Shown here one piece after another: positions 40,008-58,773 of a DNA stretch of 62,819 bases. The notes below the pieces were generated by a model. That model saw only the letters and a program-made list of their open reading frames with translations, did no database searches and was not told where the DNA came from. Both the position numbers and the translations under genes were made by a program. The stretch spans positions 1 through 62,819 of the forward strand of contig NIVC01004051.1 in assembly GCA_002269645.1 (NCBI GenBank), in the 5' to 3' direction. Each line of letters opens with the position of its first letter. Positions within the stretch are counted from its first letter, which is position 1. This stretch comes from Macrostomum lignano (lineage: Eukaryota).

Positions 40008-41642
40008 TCAGCTTATATATAGCAGCTTTTATGTGCATTAGATTGTTGATATATAATTCAATTGATTGAGGCCTAAGTTGAATGCAGTAGTTCTATATCC
40101 TAGAATATTAATGACTGAGAGATTGCAACGAGTCAAGTATTTAAAAAAATTCAAACATTTTTACGTAAATTAAATATACAACCTCTGTAAACTTCAAAAC
40201 CTTTGTGAGAACAAATCAAATAGGCATTAGATTGAACTCAGAAATCCAGAACTAGTGGCAAGTTTAACAATAAGTATAAAATTTGATGCATAAGTCATAG
40301 CCTATCGAAATTCATTTATTTTTTTTCTATGCAACCCAACCACTAATGCATTAACTTTTTTCCAAATGAGAAGGTTTGATCAGTAGGCCTATTTTGAGTG
40401 TCAAAGGCAAGAAGGATTGCAGTAGCGACTAGAGTCTGACACAGATTTTTGTAACCAATAAATATAGCTAAATTGAAAACACATTTGAATTAAGTAAACC
40501 TAAAACTTGTCATTAGAAAAAGACAATGATACAGACTGATTGGCACAATTGCCGAACAAAGAAAAAATATTAATCAAATAATAAATCAAATAAATGTAAT
40601 TGATTTGTTGCGATACGCAATATGACCCGTGAGTTTTTTAAATGCTAATGCTTAAACACACTGTGAATGCATTGAGTATTTCCTCTTCTTATTGCATATA
40701 AACGAATAAAAATGTTGCTCGCTGATTGTTAACTATAATCTAAGATATTTTTAATAATGCATTTGACTTTTTGACATTTAAATCACGTGATTACATTGCG
40801 AACGTAACGTTTAATCAAAAACTTTGTACATAAGTCCAATTATGAGTCTAAAAACAATAAAATATTGGTTCTTTTGTAAATACTTATATCCGACTGTCTG
40901 TTCAAAAAAATTTTTGTGAAGAATTATCAAAGCAATTATTAGCGTCTTTAGAATTCAACATTGGTTCATTCTGAATATTTTCTGCAGTCGATTAAGATAA
41001 TTTTTATAGTCTACACCAAAGTCTACACCCAAAAGTTATCAAAAATATACCGGTAGATCCCTATATCGTATAGCTATATAGTAATTATTCACAAAAGCAT
41101 TTTTAATTTTAAAAATAAATGTTTTGCAGGCAAAAATAAATTGATTCGCATGGATACATAAATAGATTGACTTTTTTGTATTCATATCCATATCCATATC
41201 CATTTCCATGTATTTTAAGATAAAATTACATGCATTATTATTTTAATAGAGGGTCTGGTGGCATGATATTTTACGGCTCTCTTATTAAATTTTCTACCTT
41301 TTCATTCTACACCATCTATATACAAATTAATAGCAAAATAATAATGCTGGGAAATCCTGTGTAAATTTAAAGTTTAATTTTGAAGGCTGATCTAAGAATT
41401 AAAAGTTTATGTTTGATGCACTCAAACTATACTAACCAGGAATTTGTTATTTATTAATTTGTAATCATTCAAATGTAAAGTAATATATATAAGTTAAACA
41501 GTAATTTTTAAAAAATAGATCTTTTCAGAATCAGATTTGCCTTATGCTGTTATCTAGTATTTACATTATGCTTATAATTCCCGAACTATTTGACTATAAA
41601 GACGAATCGGCTGTTTATCTGATTCAGATTTCCTGAGTTGAA

Positions 41643-47925
<6,283 letters not shown>

Positions 47926-48458
47926 TAGAGGCCAAATATATTTTGGTTAGCCAGTTTCTTCAATAACTTGTCAAATGGGTTGAGAGAATCGAATCATCCT
48001 TTCAGTTTCAGCTAGTCACTGCAAACAGGCATGCTAGAATAATTTCTTTGAAGCAATCCATTTGGATTGGAATAAAGACTGAATAAAGATTACCTCCTAA
48101 TTGCAGAATGATAACTAAGGGCGGGGCGCTTTCGCAACACCAAAATTTCAAAAACATTGAAAATCCAAAAGTCAGCTGCATAGGGAGTACTTCACAATGC
48201 CGAAATTTCACATCGAATTTGTGACATCTCATATAGACGCTCGTAACTAGAGTGCAATTCGGCGTGAAAATCCGGTGTTTTTGATAAAGGCTTATCAATT
48301 TTTTCGTCGGCAATCAAGCCCGCCAATCACCCTCTCCAATTTCGTGGCGCTGTTATAGCTAGCGACTTCCAATCAACCTTCCGCGCGGGTAAGAGATGGT
48401 TTAGCTTATCTATTGTCTCATCGACCGTCAACCCCACCAGCCACCCCCCTCAAATTGA

Positions 48459-49060
48459 GTGGCGCTGTTAGCTAGCGACTTTCAGCCAACCCTTCTGCGC
48501 GGGTAAGAGATGGTTGAAGCTTATCGATTTTAGTGGCGCTGTTAGCTAGCGACTTTCAGCCAACCCTTCTGCGCGGGTAAGAGATGGTTGAAGCTTATCG
48601 ATTTTAGTGGCGCTGTTAGCTAGCGACTTTCAGCCAACCCTTCTGCGCGGGTAAGAGATGGTTGAAGCTTATCGATTTTAGTGGCGCTGTTAGCTAGCGA
48701 CTTTCAGCCAACCCTTCTGCGCGGGTAAGAGATGGTTGAAGCTTATCGATTTTAGTGGCGCTGTTAGCTAGCGACTTTCAGCCAACCCTTCTGCGCGGGT
48801 AAGAGATGGTTGAAGCTTATCGATTTTAGTGGCTGTTAGCTAGCGACTTTCAGCCAACCCTTCTGCGCGGGTAAGAGATGGTTGAAGCTTATCGATTTTA
48901 GTGGCGCTGTTAGCTAGCGACTTTCAGCCAACCCTTCTGCGCGGGTAAGAGATGGTTGAAGCTTATCGATTTTAGTCGGCGCTGTTAGCTAGCGCTACCC
49001 ATTTCAAACCCTCTTTTGCGCGGGATAAGAAAGGTAAGCTTATCGATTTTCCTACCCCTG
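48459..49060. repeat. 74-bp tandem repeat, about 7 copies, ending in a hAT-like terminus (TTTTCCTACCCCTG)
   Basis: Unit starts at 48459, 48533, 48607 and onward; a degenerate precursor copy at about 48345-48410; the terminus matches CAGGGGTAGGAAAA at 11668-11681 in inverted orientation. Confidence 0.9.
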
Positions 49061-49832
49061 ACGATCCCTGGAATTAATGTGATGCCTGTCCTGCCAAAAT
49101 ATATTTGAGATTGAGACTAGGAGCGAATAATACTTCTAAGAGTATGCATAGCAGGGCGCATGATTTTATCTCTGGCAGATTTGCAATGGTTTTTTGTTGT
49201 TGGAATGAGTCAGAAATGTACTACAAATTGACTGTTCATATTATGCTTGAATATACATGCTACGTGAAAAGAAAATCGAATACTTGTCTCATGGTTGTTT
49301 TGTAACTAAATGCTTTATACTTCTAACTCGCTACGTTTTCTCATGTAGCACTGTAGCATTGGTTGTAGCTCGTAATTTTATTAAACAAAAAAATAGCAAC
49401 GTAACGCAACACAACGTAATGCGCCACTGTAAAATATGTTGGACTTCATTTCACCAATACCTTTTCAATGGATGTTTGAAATGACTAACGTTTACTGTTG
49501 TTGCTCTTTCACTTTTGCAATGTAAATGCTGATTAGTTGGTTCAGTGTATTCTTATGCAGAATTTTTTCAATCAACAAATAATAATACAGGAATCAAGAA
49601 ACATAAACGCCTAAAATTATTAATATCAAAAAATTTCTGAAAATTCTGAAACAAAATAAGGAAGGTTGCATAAGGGTTGTTATTCATTTTGTCTATGGCT
49701 TTAAACTGATAGCAGGGCTCTATTAAAAATGACGTTGTGCTCAAGCCGCTACTATGAGAGACTCGGCTCTTTTTCTATTTGTGAAAATAAAAAACGGCGT
49801 TATAGAAGATATACGACGTAGATAAAGAAAGC

Positions 49833-50030
49833 ATGAGCTATCCCCACAGCCTTGCTACAGGCGACTTCGGACCAGTCAAAGAACCTGGCAACGACGTGGA
49901 ACAGTTCGACGGACGTATTGAGGTGGCAGCATTTGTGTTCACCTGCCTAGTCATGGCCTTAGTGTTCGGCCTTGTGTACTGGAATCGAGCCCGGCAGACT
50001 GCGCGAACAACTCTTCCAATTGGCCTTTGA
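49833..50030 (+). CDS. Candidate 65-aa single-pass membrane microprotein
   Basis: ATG in context AAAGCATGA; GC-richer island in AT-rich flanks; TM VAAFVFTCLVMALVFGLVYW followed by basic NRARQTAR; AATAAA at about 50517. Confidence 0.5.
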   Translation: MSYPHSLATGDFGPVKEPGNDVEQFDGRIEVAAFVFTCLVMALVFGLVYWNRARQTARTTLPIGL

Positions 50031-50779
50031 TTGGCCTGTACGTAAGCCTTGAGCCATGGAGCGTTGTTTTGTCAATTTAATCTTGCGTTGGCTCATTACT
50101 GTACATTTAATATACGCTCGTACAGAGTTGAACTTTATCTCACTTCAAACTATGTTGTTAATCCAGGAAACTGTGCCATATGCCTTACCTATAGTTCTGG
50201 AGAAATGCATTTAATCCGTGACAATTTTTTCCGCGAACCTGCATGTATATGAAGCAACGCATGCAAGTGAATGAAGTTCAATAATAGCGGTGCCTTGCTG
50301 AGGCTTTTGCCAGAGCGATATTGCGATGCTTCCCTGAAGTTAAAGATCTTTAGATATCTGCTTTTTGTTGCTATTGGAGATGTATATTTATCACAATGTC
50401 CCCAAAAACTACCAACAACAGACGCAGTCCAAAAGGGTCTGAAAGTTCAAGGGAAATTCGGCCTCATCTGGTGGTGTCGGTATGAAAAAATCTAAAAATA
50501 AATTCATCCAACGGCTAATAAACTCTGTGATGCTATTAAACAAACTACAAACTCGTATATATGATGCTGTACATGCATAAAAACTGTTGTTCCTTAGCGA
50601 CGATTCAATTCAAATTGAATAACACAGAGCCCAAGCACATGACTAATTTGAATGCGGAACAGTGACGCTTTCAGCTGTTATTGATAAAGCGTGCCGAAAT
50701 ACTGCGGAACAGGATAAATCAGATACACAACAAAAGTGTATTTTGCAATCCGATTTATTCAAGAAGTTTACAACAGATC

Positions 50780-51220
50780 ACAAATACGAGAATAACTACA
50801 TGGGCCACTCAGCACATTTGCATGCAAGCTACTTTCAGTTCAGTAGTAAGGTAAACAGAAGCATTTTATGCATTTTTAAACCAACTTGGCTCTTACCCCA
50901 GCTTAAACCCTCCAACTGCTCCTTTCCATTCTACCCCCGCCCCCCGCCTGCCCCAATTTTTATTGCCTTTCTCGGAATTCCAGCCTAAAGCTGCCATGTA
51001 CATTTCAGGGGACTGGCTAATGTACATTACTCCTGAAGCAATTAGCAAGTTGTTTACGCCTGCAAGCTTGGCTTCTAAACCTATCAAAGTCATTTCAGCT
51101 GCCTTTCTTATATATTTTTATAAAATAGCTTATGCATTCTTATTTGCTACTGAACTGAAAGTAGAAAGCTGTTTTACTAAGCATATATGCCTGTGCAGCC
51201 CATCTAGTCATTTTTGTATC
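50780..51220. mobile_element. MITE family copy 2, same orientation as 19864-20333
   Basis: Colinear similarity including CCCCAATTTTTATTGCCTTTCTCGGAATTC and the inverted CTACTTTCAGTTCAGTAG ends. Confidence 0.8.
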
Positions 51221-51844
51221 TGTACAACAGAAAACATTTGACAATTAGACACAAGCAAAGAGGAAAAGGGGATAGATTGAAAACGGTATCTAAAAGCTTT
51301 AGGTTTGACACACTCAAAGACAGATTTAGTGTTTCAAGCCAGTACACTAATGAGAATAAGTTCGACTAGCTGTTTATTACGGTACGAGCGTAAAGACAAA
51401 ATCTCACAAATGCGTTTTTTAAATTGCAGTATTTTTATGAGAAATCTAAATTGCGAAAATATGAAACACAATAAACACTGAATTATTTGGATTGTGGATT
51501 TTGATATTTTGTAAACCTTTGGACCAGAGAAATTTTCGAATGAATTTATCGGTTATAACTAATTTATCTTGAGACAAACAATAGTAAAACAACAACTATT
51601 GGATATTGAATAGAAAGCGAAACATCAAATAAAACAATTAGAAAACTTAAGGGCGCGACTCCCCTTTATTTGTGTTGTTTAACGCTGATAAGAAGACGTC
51701 GCAGATGCTCGTCAATCACTCAATCAGGGGCCAGTTTGTTGGGAATTCTGAAATTCAAATTTACAAATTGCTTTTTCGGTAGATCAGGAGTCGGAAAACT
51801 TTATTTACCCCGAGGGCCAGATAGGGAAGCTAGCGCATGACTGC

Positions 51845-52475
51845 AGGCTAGAGGAGGGGAAAAGAGGAGAGGGAATAAAGGAGAAGAGAGGAGTGGAAAG
51901 ATAAATAAGAGAGGAGAAGGGAGAAAAGGGAGAGGAGAGAAGAGAGGAAAGGAGAGAAGAGGAGAGGAGAGAGGAAAGGGGAGAAGAGGAGAGGAGAGAA
52001 AAAAGGAGGAGAGGAGAGAAGAGGAGAGAGGAAAGGAAAGAAGAGGAGAGAGGAAAGGAGAGAAGAGGAGGAAAAGAAAGGAGAGAAGAGGAGAGAGGAA
52101 AGGAGAGAAGAGGAGGAAAAGAAAGGAGAGAAGAGGAGAGAGGAAAGGAGAGAAGAGGAGGAGAGGAAAGGAGAGAAGAGGAGAGGGGAGAGGAAAGGAG
52201 AGAAGAGGAGGAGAGAGGAAAGGAGAGAAGAGGAGGAGAGGAAAGGAGAGAAGAGGAGAGGAGAGAGGAAAGGAGAGAAGAGGAGAGGAGAGAGGAAAGG
52301 AGAGAAGAGGAGAGGAGAGAGGAAAGGAGAGAAGAGGAGAGGAGAGAGGAAAGGAGAGAAGAGGAGAGGAGAGAGAAAGGAGGAGAGAAGAGGAGAGGAG
52401 AGAGGAAAGGAGAGAAGAGGAGAGGAGAGAGAAAGGAGGAGAGGAGAGAAGAGGAGAGAGGAAAGAAGAGAGGAG
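51845..52475. repeat. Pure polypurine (A/G) low-complexity array (GGAGAGAAGAGGAGAGAGGAAA-like)
   Basis: About 600 bp almost devoid of C and T on the + strand. Confidence 0.95.
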
Positions 52476-52744
52476 ATTCGACTAGGGAGCTGAGAAGAGA
52501 CACCAACCTCGAGCGGGCCGGATTGCTATTGTGAAGTTTAAAATAACCCGAGAGCCGGATGGAGAGGCTTCGCGTAGATCAACATCAACCTCAATAAAGA
52601 ATACTCAAAACACCCTTAGTCTGGAGCACTTTAGTTAACAACTTTAAATCAACAATTATAGCTATATTACATGCTGCTTAATAACTATTAATTGTCACGA
52701 CAGCATTAAACTAAGCAAGTAACCATGCATTCGACAGCTTCAAC

Positions 52745-55700
52745 TCACATCGATGCCTTCATCCGGGTGCTCCCTGTTGTACTGCTCCTCGAACTGTCTG
52801 AGCTCTTCCTCGTTGAACGGCTTGTCTTCATCACTCTCTTCCGCAGTCTGTTGATTAACAAGGGCATTGGTGCGGTTTTATATATTTTGATTCGGGATAG
52901 TTTCGGTTTCAGATCATTGGATTCGGGAAAGTTTCGGTTTTAGATCGTTGGATTCGGGATAGTTTCGGTTTCAGATAAACAGATTGGGATAGTTTTGGTT
53001 TCAGATCATCAGATTCGGGATGGTTTCGGTTTCATATCATCAGGTTGGGGATGGTTTCGGTTTTAGATCATCAGATTCGGGATAGTTTTGGTTGATATTA
53101 ATCAGATTCGGGATAGTTTCGGTTTCAGATCATCAGATTCGGAATGGTTTCGGTTTCATATCATCAGGTTGGGGATGGTTTCGGTTTCAGATCATCAGGT
53201 TGGGGTTGGTTTCGGTTTCAAATCATTGGATTCGGGACGATTTTAGGGTAAAAATATTGAAAATCTGCAGCACAAAGGCTCTCAGACTCACCTTCCATTC
53301 TTCATCTTTGTTCGCCTCTTGGCTGCTAATCCAGGCATTAAACTCCTCCCAACTGACCATCCTATCCTTGTTCTTGTCCAGTCTCATGAGCACAGCCCGG
53401 CGCATCCGCTCCATCTCGTGCTGCCGTTCCACCCGATCAACCGTTGTGTCATTCTCCTTGCTGTACACTTTGTCCAGCTGTAGGGTCGAAAAATGATTTA
53501 GCAGAGTGAATTTTATCTCTATATCTATCTAATCTATCTACCTCAGCTCCCTCCTTCTATCTACCTCAGTTCCCTCCTTCTATCTACCTCAGCTCCCTTC
53601 CTCTATCGACCTCAGCTCCCTCCTTCTATCTACATCAGTTCCCTTCATCTATCTACCTCAGTTCCCTTCCTCTATCTACCTCAGCTCCCTCCTTCTATCT
53701 ACCTCAGTTCCCTCCCTCTATCTACCTCAGCTCCCTTCCTCTATCTACCCCAGTTCCCTTCCTCTATCTACCTCAGCTCCCTCCCTCTATCTACCTCAGC
53801 TCCCTCCCTCTATCTACCTCAGCTCCCTTCCTCTATCTACCTCAGCTCCCTCCTTCTATCTACCTCAGTTCCCTCCTTCTATCTACCTCAGCTCCCTCCT
53901 TCTATCTACCTCAGTTCCCTTCCTCTATCTACCTCAGCTCCCTTCCTCTATCGACCTCAGCTCCCTCCTTCTATCTACATCAGTTCCCTTCATCTATCTA
54001 CCTCAGTTCCCTTCCTCTATCTACCTCAGCTCCCTTCCTCTATCTACCTCAGCTCCCTCCTTCTATCTACCTCAGTTCCCTCCTTCTATCTACCTCAGTT
54101 CCCTCCCTCTATCTACCTCAGCTCCCTCCCTCTATTTACCTCAGTTCCCTCCCTCTATCTACCTCAGTTCCCTCCTTCTATCTACCTCAGCTCCCTCCTT
54201 CTATCTACCTCAGCTCCCTCCTTCTATCTACCTCAGCTCCCTCCTTCTATCTACCTCAGCTCCCTCCTTCTATCTACCTCAGCTCCCTCCTTCTATCTAC
54301 CTCAGTTCCCTCCTTCTATCTATTTCAGCTCCCTCCTTCTATCTACCTCAGCTCCCTTCCTCTATCGACCTCAGCTCCCTCCTTCTATCTACATCAGTTC
54401 CCTTCATCTATCTACCTCAGTTCCCTTCCTCTATCTACCTCAGCTCCCTTCCTCTACGAGTATCTACCTCAGCTCCCTCCCTCTATCTACCTCAGTTCCC
54501 TCCTTCTATCTACCTCACTTCCCTCACTCTATCTACCTCAGTTCCCTCCTTCTATCTACCTCACTTCCCTCCCTCTATCTACCTCAGTTCCCTCCTCTAT
54601 CTACCTCAGCTCCCTCCCTCTATCTACCTCAGTTCCCTCCTTCTATCTACCTCACTTCCCTCACTCTATCTACCTCAGTTCCCTCCTTCTATCTACATCA
54701 GTTCCCTCCTTCTATCTACCTCAGCTCCCTCCCTCTATCTACCTCAGTTCCCTCCTTCTATCTACCTCAGTTCCCTCCTTCTATCTACCTCAGCTCCCTC
54801 CCTCTATCTACCTCAGTTCCCTCCTTCTATCTACCTCAGCTCCCTCCCTCTATCTACCTCAGCTCCCTCCTTCTATCTACATCAGTTCCCTCCCTCTATC
54901 TACCTCAGCTCCCTCCTTCTATCTACCTCAGTTCCCTCCTTCTATCTACCTCAGCTCCCTCCCTCTATCTACCTCAGTTCCCTCCTTCTATCTACCTCAG
55001 CTCCCTCCCTCTATCTACCTCAGCTCCCTCCTTCTATCTACATCAGTTCCCTTCCTCTATCTACCTCAGTTCCCTCCTATCTACCTCAGCTCCCTCCCTC
55101 TATCTACCTCAGCTAACTCCCACTATCTACATCAGTTCCCTCCTTCGATATACCTCAGTTCCCTTTCTCTATCGACCTCAGTTCCCTTCCTCTATCTACA
55201 TCGACGAGGCCAACCTCTTTCCAAAACAAGGCTTCGATTTCGTTCACATCCATGTGTCCATCGCCATTGATATCTGTAAGAGATCGAAAGACAGATTTAA
55301 GTTAAAACAGTTGGTGAATTGGCAATAAACTTCAAATTTAATGATATGTTTGGGTGCTATTGACTAACCGTGTAGCATAAAAAATGCTTTCGGATCAAAG
55401 GAGTCTCGATCCATTCGATCGCCCTTCTCCCAGGCTTCTTTTAGTTGTTCGCGACTGCCCTGAAATTTATGAATTTGGACAGTAATAATAAGAATGTGAG
55501 CGCTATCATTTTTGGCAAAGATAGAGTCAAATTCATGGAGGAAAGAATAGAATGGAGTGCTAATCTGAGCCAGTTATTTCTGTCTCGCTTGATCTTTACT
55601 TTTCGGATCCCTTCCCCCGTTCCTTCCTATTGGCTCGTGACTGTCATAGACAACCCCCGTTCCTTCCTATTGGCTCGTGACTGTCATAGACAACCCCCCG

Positions 55701-58700
55701 TTCCTTCCTATTGGCTCGTGACTGTCATAGACAACCCCCCGTTCCTTCCTATTGGCTCGTGACTGTCATAGACAACCCCCCGTTCCTTCCTATTGGCTCG
55801 TGACTGTCATAGACAACCCCCCGTTCCTTCCTATTGGCTCGTGACTGTCATAGACAAAGTCGTTTTCGCTTTCGCCCCCGTCTGAAAGGTCTGTCCCTGC
55901 CATAGATCTTATATTTCCTAGATAGGCCACTCTCAATGCATTCAATAGGAAAAGACCGACCACGCAAATTATTTAAGCCGACAGCGCCTGAGACAAGTCT
56001 GAGGTCAGTAGCTTAAGGGACATGTATTTCATTTGCATGTTTAACTGTTTTGTTTGACTAACAATTTTCCATTCGTTGGCTTAAGTGAAATATACATCAT
56101 TTGCAAGCATTATACTGAAAATAGCTAAATATGCCTTTAAAAAACTCTTGATACACGCACAAGCTACTGACCTGGTACCGTGGTCGTAAAAACTGTCAAG
56201 AAATACAATTCGGCCCTATATGGGCATGCTTGTGGTCGCTGAGTGGCTTATCTAGGAAATATAAGATATATGGTCCCAGCATAGTACGAGCTCACATCAA
56301 AATATGCTTTCAGCCAATAGGAAGGACCGGGGAAAAGGGATGCTAAAAGTGAAGAACGAGCGAGACAAAAATAACTGACTCAGATTAGCACACTATTCCA
56401 GACACTATTCGATCAGAGCTTCACTGCTCACCGGTTGATGCACCCGCTCGTGCCTGCGGTGCCGTTCCCTCTCAGCCCGCATCTGCTGTTCGGCCGCTTC
56501 CCGCGCTTTCTTATCCTTGATGCGGCGCAGTCTGGCCCGCCGGCTGTGCTCCTTGCCCATCTCGTAGCGTTTGTACTCGGCCTCGCGCGCCTGGTCCACC
56601 TGGTCAATGTCCTGCGTCACCTGGTTAATTAGCTTCTGCAGGTCAGCTATTTCGAATGTGTGCGGATTCGAATGGTCCAGATGAGCCCGTTTGATTGTAG
56701 CCTCGTCCAGGCTCTGCAGCCCAAAGCGGAACTTGGCGCGGGACGCTTTGCCTGGGTTGGCCTGAGAGCGCAAGCGGTGTTGAGATACTTGGCAATTGCT
56801 TCGTAAGCAGAGAGGAAGATTGAGAAACAAGAGAGAAATTAAAACTTGCTATTAGCCCAATGAAAACAATACCTAGGCCAAGAAGCCTTCCAGAGTCACG
56901 TGCGTCGCCCAGGGTCGTTTCAGAATCGTTGCAGATGACACAGGTAAAATTAGCAAACCCGTTGAAAACTTTACCGTGACAATGATCGCTAAAAAGTCGT
57001 TACAAACAACTCACTAGTGACTCTAGCGACTTCTTAACGACTCAAACGCATCTAATGCGACTATTGCGTCACAAGCGTGTCACGTGAGTTTTAGAATTGT
57101 AAAAGAGTCGCGAAAGAGTCGTCCAAGAATCGTTGTGTTCGCGCTTAACTTCTTTCCTATTTTAGCTGTCTTACCTGCAACGACTCTGAAATGACTCTGG
57201 CCGGACGATCCCGTTTTTATCGGGAAAGAATTGGCTTTAAACGACTCTAAAACGACGGGATGTTACGGCACAAGTGGCCTAAAAGTCGTCAAAGAGTGAA
57301 GCGTTTTGTTGTCTGCGACTATGAAACGACTCTGGGGCGACGGTATAACGACTCTGGGGTCCGTAGAGTCGCAATTAAGGCATGTTAGAAACGCTGTAGA
57401 GTCACCGAGTTGTGTTTGAAGCGCATTCACATCGCTTGATTAACCAGAGTCACATCTCTAGAGAAAGTCAGCGCCAACACATCGATTCTTGGACGACTCT
57501 TTCGCGACTCTTTTACGATTCTACAACTTACGTGACGCGCTTGTGACGCAACAGTCACCTCTCCGTCACATTAGACGCGTTTGAGTGGTTAAAAAGTCAC
57601 AAGAGTCGCTTCAAAGTCGCAACAGTCACTAGACAGTTGTTTCCAAAGACTTTTTAGCGATTCTTGTCACGGTAACGTTTTCAACGGGTGGACAGTAGAG
57701 GTCGGACGGGATCCCGATCCCGATCCCGAAATCTCGAAATCCCGAGGAAAATTGAATTCCCGCGGGACCAGAATCCCGACCCTAAAAAGTCGAGATTCGG
57801 GAACAGGTCTTTCGATTAATAATTTATAGAATTAGTGATTACTTAAAGGTATTTTGCTTCAACTTGTACGCGTTACATTATTTACTTTGTTGGTTACAAA
57901 ACTTCATATCAATTTCGTTGTGTTTTATTTCTTGATCTTGACAATCTTTTCTCAATTTTGTTTAACTTTACATGGACAATACACTAAAAGACCTGATCCC
58001 GATTCCCGAATCCCGATCCCGATCCCGAGAAAAAAATTATTCCTGATCCCGATCCCGCCCGAAGATTTCAATCCCGTCCGACCTCTAGTGGACAGAGAGG
58101 GCAGCTGGAGGATGGTGATAAATGTGACTAAAAATAGTTAAGAACTGCTCAAAACGTAAGCGATTCAATTACTGAAGTCCAAGAAGTTCAGGCTAGTTGA
58201 ATATCGAGTAAACAAAATAGAAATAAATTCACACCTTTAAGGCCAGCTTGTCTTCAAGCGCTTTTTCAAGCTCATTCAGTCGTTCCACCTCCTGTCGTTT
58301 GATCTCGTCAAGGCGGTTGCGCACGGAGTGGCTGGCGAATTCAAGCTGGTTAGCCATTTCGTCGGACTGATGGATTGAGATTTAGGCAATACACATTGAA
58401 GCTGGTGAATTTAGTCATTTATTATACTGGTGTTAATTGAAAGTCCAAAAATCATTCCAACACTCACATCATTCATACTTCGAAGTCGATTGGCGAATTC
58501 TTTGTCGCTCTCCATGGCGCTAATCACTTCGGACAGATACTGTCTGTACGAGACATCCGGCTGAGATGAGTGTTAAATGGACAATTATGCTAGTTAGAAT
58601 TTTATATGCTGGCTTTTATTTCAACTACATGTACATAAAATATAACTTACCAAAACATTATCAGGCAATCTTTCTGATTCAGCTTTCTTTTCCTCTTTCG

Positions 58701-58773
58701 AAACTGGGACACTGTGGGTGCAGCTAATTAGTAAGAAAGCGCTGATCAGAAACAGTTTAATGGACGGTGTCAT
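52745..58773 (-). CDS. NUCB: Nucleobindin (NUCB1/2 family) Ca2+-binding EF-hand secretory protein; final exon(s) uncertain, possibly extending to 51724
   Basis: Exons: 58773-58651 (signal peptide), 58560-58468, 58366-58235, 56761-56432, 55459-55369, 55273-55215, 53477-53292, 52847 to about 52745. Motifs: YRQYLSEVISAMESD, LEFASHSVRNRLDEIKRQEV, HLDHSNPHTFE..DLQKLI, HQPGSREQLKEAWE, FDPKAFFMLHDINGDG..DVNEIEALF, HEMERMR, DKNKDRMVSWEEF, FNEEEL. Confidence 0.92.
52880..53240. repeat. Degenerate tandem repeat of about 29 bp (ATTCGGGATAGTTTCGGTTTCAGATCATCAG) in a NUCB intron
   Basis: About 12 imperfect copies. Confidence 0.85.
53535..55200. repeat. 23-bp pyrimidine-rich minisatellite (CTATCTACCTCAGCTCCCTCCTT), about 70 copies, in a NUCB intron
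   Basis: Direct repeats seen in sequence. Confidence 0.95.
55545..56410. mobile_element. Foldback element with long imperfect inverted arms; one left-arm module amplified into six 40-41-bp tandem copies (55619-55857)
   Basis: Inverted pairs: GTGCTAATCTGAG/CTCAGATTAGCAC, TTCCTATTGGCT/AGCCAATAGGAA, ATCTTATATTTCCTAGATAGGCCACTC/GAGTGGCTTATCTAGGAAATATAAGAT. Confidence 0.75.
56957..57689. mobile_element. Foldback/MITE of about 730 bp with 175-200-bp imperfect TIRs
   Basis: ACCCGTTGAAAACTTTACCGTGACAA...AAAGAGTCGCGAAAGAGTCGTCCAAGAATCG mirrors CGATTCTTGGACGACTCTTTCGCGACTCTTT...TTGTCACGGTAACGTTTTCAACGGGT; no TSD found. Confidence 0.85.
57696..58087. mobile_element. 392-bp hAT-type MITE with a perfect 8-bp target-site duplication
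   Basis: TIR TAGAGGTCGGACGGGAT / ATCCCGTCCGACCTCTA; TSD GTGGACAG at 57688-57695 and 58088-58095; subterminal (CCCGAT)n motifs. Confidence 0.93.

Noticed and set aside
51805-52506. 233-aa Leu/Ser-rich ORF
   Set aside because: Translation of the polypyrimidine strand of a low-complexity tract
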